This document shows positions 12,477-24,701 of a DNA stretch of 64,000 bases, one piece after another. Numbering within the stretch: position 1 is the stretch's first letter; every line of letters starts with the position of its first letter. The notes under the pieces were generated by a model. It was not told the origin of the DNA and searched no databases. It saw nothing but the letters and a program-made list of their open reading frames with translations. The position numbers were made by a program, and so were the translations under genes. Origin of the DNA: Octopus sinensis (lineage: Eukaryota); contig NC_043001.1 of the NCBI RefSeq assembly GCF_006345805.1, positions 132,742,001-132,806,000 on the forward strand. The letters run 5' to 3'.

Positions 12477-12787
12477 CCGTGATCACCGTGACCGACCAGG
12501 CTATCAGATGTTGCTACACATCGCTGGTCACAATGCACTTCCCATTGTTTTAGCCTTCAAATGACGCCACCCCGCTGGCTAAGCGAGCAGGCCAACAGAT
12601 GAAAGAGTGAGAGAGAGTTGTGGTGAAAGAGTACAGCAGGGACCGCCACCACCACCCTGCCGGAGCCTCGTGGAGCTTCAGGTGTTTTCGCTCAATAAAC
12701 GCTCGCAATGCCTGGTCTGGGAATCGAAACCGCGATCCTACGACCGCGAGTCCGCTGCCCTAACCACTGGGCCATTGCGCCTCCACA
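12476..12787 (-). mobile_element. tRNA-derived SINE family B variant with (TAA)n tail
   Basis: Head is the reverse complement of GGAGGCGCAATGGCCCAGTGGTTAGGGCAGCGGACTCGCGG; its 3' part differs from 23805-24190. Confidence 0.85.
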
Positions 12788-13124
12788 TTATTATTATTAT
12801 TATTATTAGCCATTATTACAAAATTTTTGCAAGAGAAAATTTTGATGAAGCTAATTCAGTACTTGTAAATAGGAACAACAGCTCATTTATGAAAAGAAAA
12901 AGTAATCAAAATCATACAACTTTTAATATATCACAAATGATATTTTTCTACTTTACAAAAACCAAAATCAACTGAAAAAGAAAAATTGGTTTGTGTTACA
13001 CATAAAGACATTCAAAATATCTCTAAACAAGCCTATTCATCTGCCGTGGATATTAATTGATGAATAAGTTTCATGACGTTTTCTAAGCACACAGTGTATA
13101 TACATGTTTGTGTGCATACACACA

Positions 13125-13234
13125 CCACACATACTCACATATATATATACACACACCACACACACACACAAATATATATATATATATAAATAAATATATA
13201 TATATATATATATATAATATATATATATAAATAA

Positions 13235-13277
<43 letters not shown>

Positions 13278-13330
13278 TATATATATAATATATATATATA
13301 TATATTATATATATATATATATATATATTT
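13125..13330. repeat. (CA)n/(TA)n compound microsatellite
   Basis: Directly visible. Confidence 0.95.
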
Positions 13331-15908
13331 ATGTTATTAAATATACAAAACAGCAGTATATTTGATATAGCTGCAGTAGATAAGTGAAGAACTCTGAAAA
13401 ACATCTGCTCTACATCTAATAATAATATAACACCAAAAATGGGTTGGGGGAAGAGTGGTCTATCAAACAATGATTATTGCCAATAGAATCCCTTAAGAAA
13501 TGCAAGTGATAAAATACAATTGAATGTAAATACAAAGATTTTTATGAATATTAACTTTTTAACAAATTAAATGTATGTATATGTATGTGTTTAGACATAT
13601 ACATACATGTTTATGCATGAAGTATGACATGCAGATGAGTAAAAGGGAGTCTGTGTGAGCCAATAAGTAAATACATGTGTGTGTGTGTGTGTGTGTGTGT
13701 TGTGTGTGTGTATGTCTGTCTGTGTCTATATTTAATATGAGTATGTGTGGCAGAGAAAACTATGAGTGTATAGGAGTGTATATAAGCATGCCAAGTATAT
13801 GTGAGTATGTTCTGGCTCAAGTTATCTTTTATCACATTTTCTGTTTAAATTAAAACAAATACAGCTGAGAAAGTTGGATTTCAATCAAGTATCAATTGGA
13901 ACTCAAACAAAATAATTATTTCTCATATGTTCATGCATAAATCTTGAGAATTCCTATTGAATTCTATAGAAAAGTTGATAGCAATGGACACTCTTTTTGC
14001 AAAACTTAAAGGAGGCAAACATTACAGATAGAATAATTTGGTATATTTATTTGCCAAGAAATATTCAACAAAAACATTAATCTTGCATTCAGAACAATGT
14101 GAGCTGATTCAAGTTGAAATATACTGTTATAATGTAGAACAACCATTCTGCAATGCCATTTATTGCCATGCATAAGAGTCAATTAGTCTAGGAAAGAGAA
14201 TGCTTTCAATGAATATGAAGAAACTCATAGCTATTACTGAAAATATTTATACCAGCAAATATGGAAAAATAAGAATACTGTCTTCTTTTATGATATAAGA
14301 AGCTGTATTTACACTAGAAATAATGAAACCTTAACAAAAATTCCATTTTAAAAGGCACAGGCTAGGATTCACAAGGTAAATGCAAAGATTTGATAAAACT
14401 AGCTCTGAATAATTGAAGCTACACACTCTACCCAAGCCTTGGAATGTCATATGATAAAAGATCATTCGTGCGTGCGCACGTGCATGCATGCGTGCGTGTG
14501 TGTGTTGTAGCTGTTTCTTCAATATGTTGCCAAAGAATTAGCAATTAGTTGCATAATGATCTGAATTTTTTCAATAAGAACACCCTCAAAATACCTTAAC
14601 GATTATTAAGGTATTTTGAGGGTATTCTATTGAATATGGAACCAGAACAACTAAAAATATAACATAATTGCTCTCATTGTAAGAAACAAAATTAATGTTC
14701 CAAAGTTTATTGTATTTTTACTTTTAAAACAAAGAGAATATCTAGAAGAAAGTTATTTCTCCTTGAAAAATAAGGGGTTCAATTTAAAAACAACCACCAA
14801 GCAAAACGAAACTGCTTGGCACTGATAAACTATGTATTATTCTGTTGTGTTATTGAATGGATGATCAGAAATGTCAATAAACATATAAAATATTGATTTA
14901 TTATGTCTAGGTACATGGTTTTCTATTGCCTAGTTGCCACATGTTTTTTGTAAACAGTTAAATCTATTATGGTATATTACTAATCTTATAATAATTCAGC
15001 TTGTCATTCCATTACATAGCTTTAAAAAAGGAGAAAGAAAAGAGGGAGAGAGAAGCGTCCATGATGTGAGGTAGAGGCAATGTAATTTCACATGATTAGG
15101 TGGTGGTGGTGGTGATGATAATGGAGGTGGCATTGGTGACTGGATAGTGAAAAGCGTATGTTTTTAAAAAATTGAACTAAGTTTTTATATCACCTATCAC
15201 TTAACTCATGCGCATAAGTGCAATTCCATGAAATATTCACACCTATTTATGTAACAGATATATGCAATTTAACTAAAGGTTGTATCATATGTACGGGATA
15301 TTTCTTTATTTGTTTACGGGGGAAATGGTAAAATAAAAGTGAATATTTATTTTACGAGTGCTGTGTATTACGTCTATAAAATTGTGCATAAAGTATATAA
15401 AGTGTCTATATAAAGTGCATTTTCAATGAGTAATAGATGAGCAACTATCTTTCCATACAAACACAGTACAGGCTATGCTTTTAGGTTTTCTGGCTAAAGT
15501 TTTCAGAAATAAACCAAAAGGTATTCCATTAATTCTGTGAAATATTCACGAGTCCTGCTAGTAATTATTAACAGCTGAAAGATGAAAGTAAGATTATGAA
15601 CTTTAACATGAATGTGACAAAATGGCACAGTTGTAAAAGCAACAGAATAAAGAGGCTGCAGTATATATTCTGGTCCTTTGCATTCCAAGTTCAAATCCCC
15701 AACTCTGGTCAACTTTGCTTTTCAGCTTTTCAGGGGACAATAAAAAATGTACCAGTCAAGAGTGGTGGTCTGATGAAACGGAGTGCTTTTAACAGAGTCA
15801 ACTCTGCTACAAACATTCAGGTTGAGTCTTTTGCTTGAGGCTACCTTCTAATAATCTCAGAGGCATTACCATTTCTCCTGGCAATGAAATATTAAAAAAA
15901 AATTTAAA

Positions 15909-16330
15909 TAGGCGCAGGAGTGGCTGTGTGGTAAGTAGCTTGCTAACCAACCACATGGTTCCGGGTTCAGTCCCACTGCGTGGCATCTTGGGCAAGTGTC
16001 TTCTGCTATAGCCCTGGACCGACCAATGCCTTGTGAGTGGATTTGGTAGACGGAAACTGAAAGAAGCCCGTCGTATATATGTATATATATATATATATGT
16101 ATGTATGTGTGTGTTTGTGTGTTTGTGTGTCTGTGTTTGTCCCCCTAGCATTGATTGACAACCGATGCTGGTGTGTTTACGTCCCCGTTACTTAGTAGTT
16201 CAGCAAAAAGAGACCGATAGAATAAGTACTGGGCTTACAAAAAGAATAAGTCCCAGGGGTCGATTTGCTCGACTAAAGGCGGTGCTCCAGCATGGCTGCA
16301 GTCAAATGATTGAAACAAGTAAAAGAGTAA
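15909..16330 (+). mobile_element. tRNA-derived SINE family A, full length, young
   Basis: GGCGCAGGAGTGGCTGTGTGG (A-box), GGTTCAGTCCC (B-box), central microsatellite, tail AAAAGAGTAAAAAGAGT. Confidence 0.92.
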
Positions 16331-17134
16331 AAAGAGTAAATTCAGAGACTATTTATCTTCATAAAAGAAAAAGGATCCACTCAGTTCTCCTCTGCTTCAA
16401 TATATTTAGGAGAACACTGTAGTAAGTGTGATAAAATTTGAGACTTTAACAAATTCTGGATTTACTCACACCCTTCCCCTCATACATGACCACCTTTGAG
16501 ATAATTACCTGCTTCAGATGCCTTTTGCATTTGTTGTTCAACAAGCATACTTTCTATTTTCACACTATACATGTCATTGATTTAATACTCTTTAAGCTGA
16601 TATAACTGCAGAAACACATTTAACAATATGAGACGTATGGAATATAATTTAACAAATCTGTTTTGCTGGTTAGATAATGTAAGTTTCATACTTAGGCACT
16701 GAATGTGGCAAGATAACAATCTATGTGTGACTCCAGAACATTGTATACTGCCTGTAAGAAAGAACGGATAGCTATTGTATGCATGTGTGCATCTGTATGG
16801 CAGTGTATGCATATGCATATATATACACACACAATGATAATAAGGAAAAATTACAAAAGAAGAAAACAGATGCAATATACAATGCACAAAACTAACTGGG
16901 AATGATAACACAAAGGAAATCTACATTGGAGATGCCATTGAAAATCTCGGGTTAAAATGGTTAAGGCTAAAATGATGCTGTTATGGTGACCATAATGGTG
17001 GTGGTGGTGGTGGGGGGATGGTGATGAGTAGGTAGAAGAAGTAAAGAATGCTATCATGTAATGTCATAAAGATGATGATTATGACAATAATAATCATTAC
17101 TATGAAGATGATAATGTTAACAATTATAATGATT

Positions 17135-17142
<8 letters not shown>

Positions 17143-17166
<24 letters not shown>

Positions 17167-17520
17167 CTCATTCTCATCATCATTTAGTGTCCATTTTCCC
17201 TGCTGACATGGACTGGACAATCTGACAGGAACTGGCTGGTCAGAAAACTGCATAAGCTCTAATGTCTATTTCTTTATTACCCATAAGGGGCTAAACACAG
17301 AGGGGACAAACAAGGACAGACATAGGTATTAAGTCGATTACATCGACCCCAGTGAGTAACTGGTACTTAATTTATCGACCCCGAAAGGATGAAAGGCAAA
17401 GTCGACCTTGGCGGAATTCGAACTCACAACGTAACGCAGACGAAATACTGCTAAGCTCTAATGTCTGCCTTGGCACGGCATCTACAGCTGGAAGCCCTTC
17501 CTCGTACCAACCACTTTACA
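17143..17520 (-). mobile_element. RTE 3'UTR fragment interrupted by a SINE
   Basis: Diverged CATCATTTAGTGTCC...GGAAGCCCTTCCTCGTACCAACCAC, split at 17268-17451. Confidence 0.7.
17268..17451 (-). mobile_element. SINE family C, 5'-truncated, with 15-bp TSD
   Basis: TAAGCTCTAATGTCT at 17253-17267 and 17452-17466. Confidence 0.92.
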
Positions 17521-17556
17521 GAATAACATGTAATCAGGGTAAAGTGTAATCTAGAT

Positions 17557-18050
17557 CAGTGCTACCTCAAAGTGGCAGTCCATGGACCAGTACCAGTCCA
17601 CAAGCCATCAGCTGCTGGTATGTGGCAATTTTCCAGAAAAGAAAGAAACATTATAAAATGCTTATGTAGTATTGTATTATTTGTTTACAAAATAAATATA
17701 CGATAAAAAAATTTGTCAACTTTTATTTTATTCATTATATATATTGTTTCCGGTATAAATTAATATTACTAAGAAATATTACCGGTCCGTGGCACACTGG
17801 AAAAAAAAAACTGCCAGTATGCCACATCAAATAGTTTAACCCTTTAGTGTTTAAACCAGCCATATCCGGCCCAAATAATCTACCAGATTTGGTATCTCAC
17901 ACCAACCTATAATGTCAATCTAAAAACAGGTGATAACATCATCGAAATCTTAAAGCTACGAAATAATGCATGATTAGCTTAAAACAATATGGATGAATAA
18001 ATATTATATTTGACAGAATAATCTGAATGCTAAAGGGTTAAGAAGCACTG
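17557..18050. mobile_element. hAT (Charlie-type) MITE with 8-bp TSD
   Basis: ATCTAGAT at 17549-17556 and 18051-18058; ends CAGTGCT... and ...AGCACTG. Confidence 0.9.
17840..18037 (+). mobile_element. piggyBac-type MITE (198 bp) nested in the hAT right terminal repeat
   Basis: TTAA|CCCTTTAG ... CTAAAGGG|TTAA, with TTAA at 17836-17839 and 18038-18041. Confidence 0.92.
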
Positions 18051-18396
18051 ATCTAGATTACAGGGTAATCTAGATTTTATAGTTACAGAAAACAATATTA
18101 GTGCTAAATGAAATGCTTTTATATGTTTTACTTATCTAGTAATCCATTAATATAAGAATTTCTTCCAACAAATTCGCTTTTGAACTTTTATAATTTTAGT
18201 TCTGTTTAGCATGAAGATCTTCTACAAATTTAACTTGGTTTCATATAAATTTTAATAAAATGTGTTAAAAATTTAAATTGGTTTTCCATTTTAAAGTAAA
18301 TATACTATGTAAGCGATGCTTCATGTTAGCCATCATCGAATTATTACAATATTGCTGTACACCACATTTTCTTGTATAGAATCTATCATATACCTA

Positions 18397-18570
18397 TTTC
18401 TTTACTACCCACAAGGGGCTAAACACAGAGAGGACAAACAAGGACAGACAAACGGATTAAGTCGATTATATCGACCCCAGTGCATAACTGGTACTTATTT
18501 AATCGACCCCGAAAGGATGAAAGGCAAAGTCGACCTCGGTGGAATTTGAACTCAGAACGTAGCGGCAGGT
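18397..18570 (-). mobile_element. SINE family C, 5'-truncated
   Basis: Near-identical to 17268-17451. Confidence 0.9.
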
Positions 18571-18871
18571 AAAACACTTGCTCATTAAGTTATACTCATG
18601 AGAGTATTAGAGATAGAGTAGAGAAAGATTTCCAGAGAACTGCAGGTATGTAGGAGGATAAATGGTAAATGTGTCCTGTGCTGGTTCTAATGGGTGAGAA
18701 GAAGTAGAGATGATAAGAAGAACGATGTGTGTGACAGATAGGTCTAGGTAGCAGGAATACATAGCTACTTGATTCAACAAATAAGTTTTTGGTAGAAACT
18801 GAAGAGGCACTGAAGAGACGACTGTGTTTTGAGACAGTGATGCAGTGTTTTGATGAGTCTCTGTCACTCAG

Positions 18872-19190
18872 CATGAAGGAGCATGGCTTAGTGGTTAGAG
18901 TATTCAGCTCACAATCATAAGGATGTGAGCTCAATTCTTGGCGGTGCATAGTACCTTTGAGCAAAACACTTTATTTCACTTTGCTCCAGTTCACTCAGCT
19001 GGCAAAAAACAAGTAGTACCTGTATTTCAAAGGGTCAGCCTTATCACATTCTGTATCATGCTGAAACTCCCTGAGAATGATGTTAAGAGAATGAGTATCT
19101 GTGGAGTGCTCAGCCACTTGCACATTTATTTCACAAGCAGGTTGTTCTGTTGATTAAATCAAATGGAACCCTTGACACTGTAACTGTCAG
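18872..19190 (+). mobile_element. SINE family B, diverged
   Basis: tRNA-like head; GTGGAGTGCTCAGCCACTTGCAC...TTCACAAGCAGG 3' part. Confidence 0.75.
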
Positions 19191-19596
19191 TTTGTCATTC
19201 AGCTAAATAATCCTGTTTGAGGTGCCATATATCTCTGTGTGTATTCAAATATAGGCCTTACATCAGCTTTATAGAGAGTAAGTAAATGACCATGTTTCTC
19301 TAATACTTACCTTATCTGTTTTTGAAGTAAGGATCCCTAATTCCATTCAGCCTTGAAGACATGAGCAGCAGATAATTTACAGACAGAAGTGCCAACAACA
19401 AACCACTCAAGCATGATAACTTTTGTAGAGACTGGTACAATTATCAACAAATGCACAAACAAGACACATTCACATTCATGCATAGACACAAATACATACA
19501 TGTGTGTGTGTATGTGTGCATGCATGCAAGTGTATATGTGTATGTGTGCATACATGCATGTGTATGTGTGTGTATGTACATGTGTGTGTGTGTGTG

Positions 19597-19886
19597 ATAG
19601 GGTAGAAAGAGTTCCTTAGCCGTAGTGAAGGCAATCTATCTAGGGAGATAACCTTACAACAAATCACTTGGTCCGTAGCTTAGAAATACTGGGTTGACGT
19701 CCAGCGGGAACAGCTTTGTTTCATGGAGGAGGAAAGATCTTCTTTAGTACTTGGTTGTACAATGCTTTCCAATGTGTGTAGTAGCGGCGCACACACACAT
19801 TATTAGCCATTTGAAAAGACTGTGGAATTTACAATTAACATAGTAAATTCCATTGTCTCGACCACGGTCGAACAATGATGATGATG

Positions 19887-19890
<4 letters not shown>
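19597..19890 (+). mobile_element. Probable RTE-type LINE 3' end with (ATG)n tail
   Basis: Higher-GC block ending ACCACGGTCGAACAATGATGATGATG; degraded coding remnants only. Confidence 0.4.
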
Positions 19891-19932
<42 letters not shown>

Positions 19933-20104
19933 GTGTTTGTATGTGTGAGTGTGTGATGGACTTCTTTTCCAGTTTCTAAGTCTGCTTCTGTTCTTTGGTT
20001 AAGAATTCATCTCAGAAACAAAAGTAGTTTCCAAAGAGTTATTCATCACCATTGCATAGATAAATACACCTTCTCAACTCAGTGTATTGAGTACTTCATT
20101 TATT

Positions 20105-20580
20105 GTTTCTTTACTTAACAGTAACAAAAGGCCTCTTAGTGTAAAAGGTAGATTTTATGATGCTTGCATGCAAGCCAAAATGATGCATGATAGTGAAACA
20201 TGGGCCGTGAATACAGAGGGAATACAAAATCTTGAAAGAAATTAAGCTAGCATGTTCTGCTGGATGTGCAATGTCAGTGTGCATGCATGACAAAGTGCAA
20301 GTATTTTGGTGAAAAGTTGGGCATAAGAAGCTGCAGATGTAGTGTGTAAGACAGAAGACTGCATTGGTATGGTAAGGAGATGCATATGGATGAGGACAGG
20401 TGCATAAAGAAGTGCCAATTGCTAAATGTGGATAGAACCTGTGTAAGACAGAGACCCAGAAAGACATGAAAAGAAGTGGGTAGGTATGACTATTGGCTAT
20501 TGATCCTCACAAAGACGATGACAAAGGACCAAGATGACTAACAAGTTTCTGTGCTCTAGAAAACTTGTTCAGCTAAGCCA
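20105..20580 (+). mobile_element. Old RTE LINE ORF C-terminal fragment
   Basis: Across frameshifts: KGRFYDAC...MHDSETWAVN...LERN*ASMFCWMCNVSVH...RRLHWYG...RPRKT*; same family as 27000-27420. Confidence 0.8.
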
Positions 20581-20686
20581 GTGGTTTTCAGTCATAGTCC
20601 ATATGGCCCTTGCTGTTAAAATTTATCTGCAATAAATTCGTTATTCTTCTACAATACACAAAATATTTTAATTTTTTTATACAATT

Positions 20687-21470
20687 CCGTCCGTTCGTGG
20701 CCGTTTGCCAGCTCTGTCTGGCCCCGTGTCGGTGGCACGTAAAAGCACCATCCGTTCGTGGCCGTTTGCCAGCTCTGTCTGGCCCCGTGTCGGTGGCACG
20801 TAAAAGCACCATCCGTTCGTGGCCATTTGCCAGCTCTGTCTGGCCCCGTGCTGGTGACACGTAAAAGCACCGTCCGCTCGTGGCCGTTTGCCAGCTCTGT
20901 CTGGCAACCGTGTCGGTGGCACGTAAAAGCACCATCCGTTCGCGTCCGTTGCCAGCCTCGGCTGGCCCCCGTGCCGGTGACACGTAAAAGCACCGTCCGC
21001 TCGTGGCCGTTTGCCAGCTCTGTCTGGCAACCGTGTCGGTGGCACGTAAAAGCACCATCCGTTCGCGTCCGTTGCCAGCCTCGGCTGGCCCCCGTGCCGG
21101 TGACACGTAAATGCACCGTCCATTCGTGGCCGGTTGCCAGCTCTGTCTGGCCCCGTGTCGGTGGCACGTAAAAGCACCATCCGTTCGTGTCTGTTGCCAG
21201 CATCGCCTGGCCCCGTGCCGGTGACACGTAAAAGCACCATCCGTTCGTGGCCGTTCACCAGCTCTGTCTGGCACCTGTGCAGGTGGCACGTAAAAAACAC
21301 CCACTACACTCATGGAGTGGTTGGCGTTAGGAAGGGCATCCAGCCGTAGAAACACTGCCAGATCTGACTGGGCCTGACGAAGCCTTCCAGCTTCACAGAC
21401 CCCAGCTGACCCGTCCAACCCATGCTAGCATGGAAAGCGGACGCTAAACGATGATGATGATGATGATGAT
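20687..21470 (+). mobile_element. Young RTE 3'UTR copy containing a 10-unit 60-62-bp tandem array (20687-21300)
   Basis: The CACGTAAA landmark occurs at 20736, 20797, 20858, 20920, 20981, 21043, 21104, 21165, 21225 and 21287; followed by the standard 3'UTR and (GAT)n tail. Confidence 0.92.
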
Positions 21471-22019
21471 GAATTCCTAGTAATATCAAATTATAAAAAT
21501 GAAATATGATTTTTTTAAAAATCGAATAGCTAGGAGGGTTCATCCAAGTAAAATAGGAATCAAAGGGGGCCCAGAGATTAATTTAAAAAATGGTTGAGAA
21601 ACACGAATCTAAGCAAAAACAAGGCCCTAATAGCATGTTGTTTCTGTTTACCCCTCCTGCACCTGCTTTATCTCTGATACAAACCTCTCCCCACTCAACC
21701 TATCTTCTTAACACCCACTCCTCCATCACTCTCCTAACTACAGCACCGCTCAATCAGCTGCTGTAATTATGAGAATGAAACCACACATATTTCATCACCT
21801 GTCCCTATGGGTTCTCTCCCAGGAATCACTGACTTTTTCTCATGCATTCTCAGTATCATCCCATACCTTTAATTTTCCACTGAATGCTCCTTTCACTTTC
21901 TCTTCCACTGTACACTCACCCCATTATTTTGCCAGCAGCTGCTACCATCACCACCATCACCACTACCACCAACATCACCACCACTCATTGCTTCTGTCCA
22001 TATCCAGCCATTTTCACAC

Positions 22020-22333
22020 TCATGTAAAAAGCACCATCCGAATCGTGGCTGAAGCCAGTGCCGCCTCGACTGGCTTCCATGCAGGTGGCATGTAAAATGC
22101 ACCAATCCGACCGTGGCCGATGCCAGCCTCGCCTGGCTCCAGTGCAGGTGGCACATAAAAAGCACCCACTACACTCACGGAGTGGTTGGTGTTAGGAAGG
22201 GCATCCAGCTGTAGAAACATTGCCAGATAAGACCGGAGCCTGTGCAGCCTTCTGGCTTCCCAGATCCCCGGTCGAACCGTCCAGCCCATGATAGCATGGA
22301 GAACGGACGTTAAACGATGATGATGATGATGAT
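22020..22333 (+). mobile_element. RTE 3'UTR copy with ~2.5 array units
   Basis: AAAAAGCACC units, GGAAGGGCATCCAGC, ending GGACGTTAAACGATGATG. Confidence 0.85.
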
Positions 22334-22767
22334 GTACCTCTGACTGTCTTCAGCACTCTTCAGATCTCTTGCACACCACCCACACACACTTCACACCATC
22401 TTTGTTGTCACCTTATTACCTCTCTGACTGACAGCTACTTCCTCCATCTTCTCCCCTAATTGACCATATTTCCATCCATGTTCACCACTCACTGCATTTC
22501 CCTCTATCCATCTGCCACTTGCCTCTCACACTCCCACGAACTTACACACCAGTATCACTTCCCCTTCATTCAATTTCTTGTGACTTGAGGATATAGTCTC
22601 ACACATCTTCACCATCATCCCCTTTCTGTTCCATCTGAGAGTAACCATATATCTCCTCTACTGCATGACACCTGTCCTTGCCTCTCGATCACGTTAACCT
22701 CTCATCACTTGGCTTAAAGTTACCTCCACTGATAATACTCCTTATTCAATTGACGGGTCTTGTCTTG

Positions 22768-22965
22768 TGTGCTGGTGCCACATAAAAAGCACCCAGCACA
22801 CTGTGTAAAGTGGTTGGCATTAAGAAGAGATTTAGCCATAGAATTCATGCTAAAGCAGATATTGGAGCTTGATGCAGTCCTCTGGTTCACCAGCTCCAGC
22901 TGAAATAGCCAACTCATACCAGCAAGAAAAACAGGTATTGATGATGATGGTGATGATGATGATGA
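22768..22965 (+). mobile_element. RTE 3'UTR copy, diverged
   Basis: GGTGCCACATAAAAAGCACCC...(GAT)n. Confidence 0.65.
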
Positions 22966-23804
22966 TATATGAATTGCAAGAGAGGAGGAACTTAAAAATA
23001 AGTAAGGAAGAAATATGTTCCATCCTTCTAATTAATCTAAATAAAGGTTGAAATATATACATATACAAAGAAGTTAAATGCCAGAATTCTATTAATCTAG
23101 CAAGTACCTGATCTGAGATCATGTGCTGAAAGTGAAGCAACTACATTGTGAAAGAACCGTTTAATAACAGTCAGTGACCAGGTTACAGTCATGTGATGAA
23201 TAGGTTAACATCTCGTTAAATAAATTTATATTTAAAGCTAATTGAACCTGTTTTTATATTGTTTCATATAATTCTCAAGGTAAGAGGACTGACTACTGTA
23301 CATAATTCCCCCCACAAGAAGAATTGAACTCATTCCTTCCAATGAAGCAATGAAGTTTATCATATTGTGGTACCTACTTAATAATTGAATTTCTAATTGG
23401 AGTTTGGGACTATTCTTAATTAATGTACAAATTAACATTTAAATATTATTCAAATACAATTAACATTTAAATATTATTCAAATATAACTAATAAGGGTAA
23501 TGTATTTAAATTTATACTTAATTATGATTAATTTATATTTAAATTATTATCTAATTACATGCAAATATAAATTCAAATTTATGCTTCATTTTATTCAAAA
23601 TATTTTTTTTATTACTCAAGAATTAAAGCTAACCAAGTTGACAGAGTGTCAATCAATCTATAAGTGAAAAGCTGGATGTTTCATATCCCATCACTGACCC
23701 CTGTGCTGTTTTCATGGGCAACACTTTTAATAACCCTCATGCTACTTCAATCTGCCCCAATGTAAATATGTATCATGCAAAACTACAGTTCATAGTGTAA
23801 ATAG

Positions 23805-24190
23805 TGGAGGCGCAATGGCCCAGTGGTTAGGGCAGCGGACTCGTGGTCATAGGATCGCGATTTCGATTCCCAGACCGGGCGTTGTGAGTGTTTATTGAGC
23901 GAAAACACCTAAAAGCTCCACGAGGCTCCGGCAGGGGATGGTGGTGATCCCTGCTGTACTCTTTCACCACAACTTTCTCTCACTCTTACTTCCTGTTTCT
24001 GTTGTACCTGTATTTCAAGGGGCCGGCCTTGTCACTCTCTGTGTCACGCTGAATATCCCCAAGAACTACGTTAAGGGTGCATGTGTCTGTGGAGTGCTCA
24101 GCCACTTACACGTTAATTTCACGAGCAGGCTGTTCCGTTGATTCGGATCAACCGGAACCCTCAACGTCGTAACCGACGGAGTGCTTCCAC
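23805..24190 (+). mobile_element. tRNA-derived SINE family B, full length, with TSD
   Basis: A-box TGGCCCAGTGG, B-box TTTCGATTCC; AGTGTAAATAG at 23794-23804 and 24193-24203. Confidence 0.93.
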
Positions 24191-24505
24191 ACAGTGTAAA
24201 TAGAACAGTAGACTTAATTGATGATTAAAAGCCATTGGTGCTAAGTGGGTTTTAATTTTTATCAAACCCATAGATTATAGGATTAAAATCTAACAGTAGA
24301 CTGATAGAATCATTAAAATGGCAAATAAAACTCTGTACTTTTTAGTTCCTTCTTATTTTCTAGGTTCAAATTTTGCCTGACTCAACTTTGCCTCTTGGCT
24401 TCTTGAAGTTGATGAAATAAGCACGAGACAAGCAATGTGGTTGACAAAATCTTCACCTACCTTCCAGAATCTATGGCCTTGTGCTATTATTTTTTAGAAA
24501 TCATT

Positions 24506-24668
24506 AGGTGCAGGCATGGCTGTATAGTAAAAAGTTTGCTTCCCAAACATATGGTTCTGGGTTCAGTCCCACTGCATAGCATCATGGACAAATGTCTTCT
24601 GCTATGATCTAAGGCTAACCAAAGCCTTGTCAGTGGATTTGGTAGATGGAAACGGAAAGAAGCCTGTC

Positions 24669-24701
<33 letters not shown>

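Noticed and set aside
15485-15520. 36-nt microexon candidate GFLAKVFRNKPK
   Set aside because: Weak pyrimidine tract and donor; such matches are expected by chance.
15909-15990. tRNA genes at SINE heads
   Set aside because: A/B boxes are present but there is no cloverleaf, and they continue into SINE bodies.
16509-16605. Minus-strand exon candidate (MYSVKIESMLVEQQMQKASEA)
   Set aside because: Stops in all frames from the acceptor; unsupported.
19311-19346. Minus-strand ATG exon MELGILTSKTDK with AG|GTAAGT donor
   Set aside because: A few such 8-mers are expected by chance in 128 kb of AT-rich strands; no downstream exon found.
20687-21300. CRISPR-like array
   Set aside because: The 'spacers' are variants of one another, there are no cas genes, and the array continues into a LINE 3'UTR in a eukaryote.
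20588-21418. 276-, 207- and 192-aa ORFs
   Set aside because: Stop-free only because of the GC-rich tandem array; open in several frames; antisense to the LINE.
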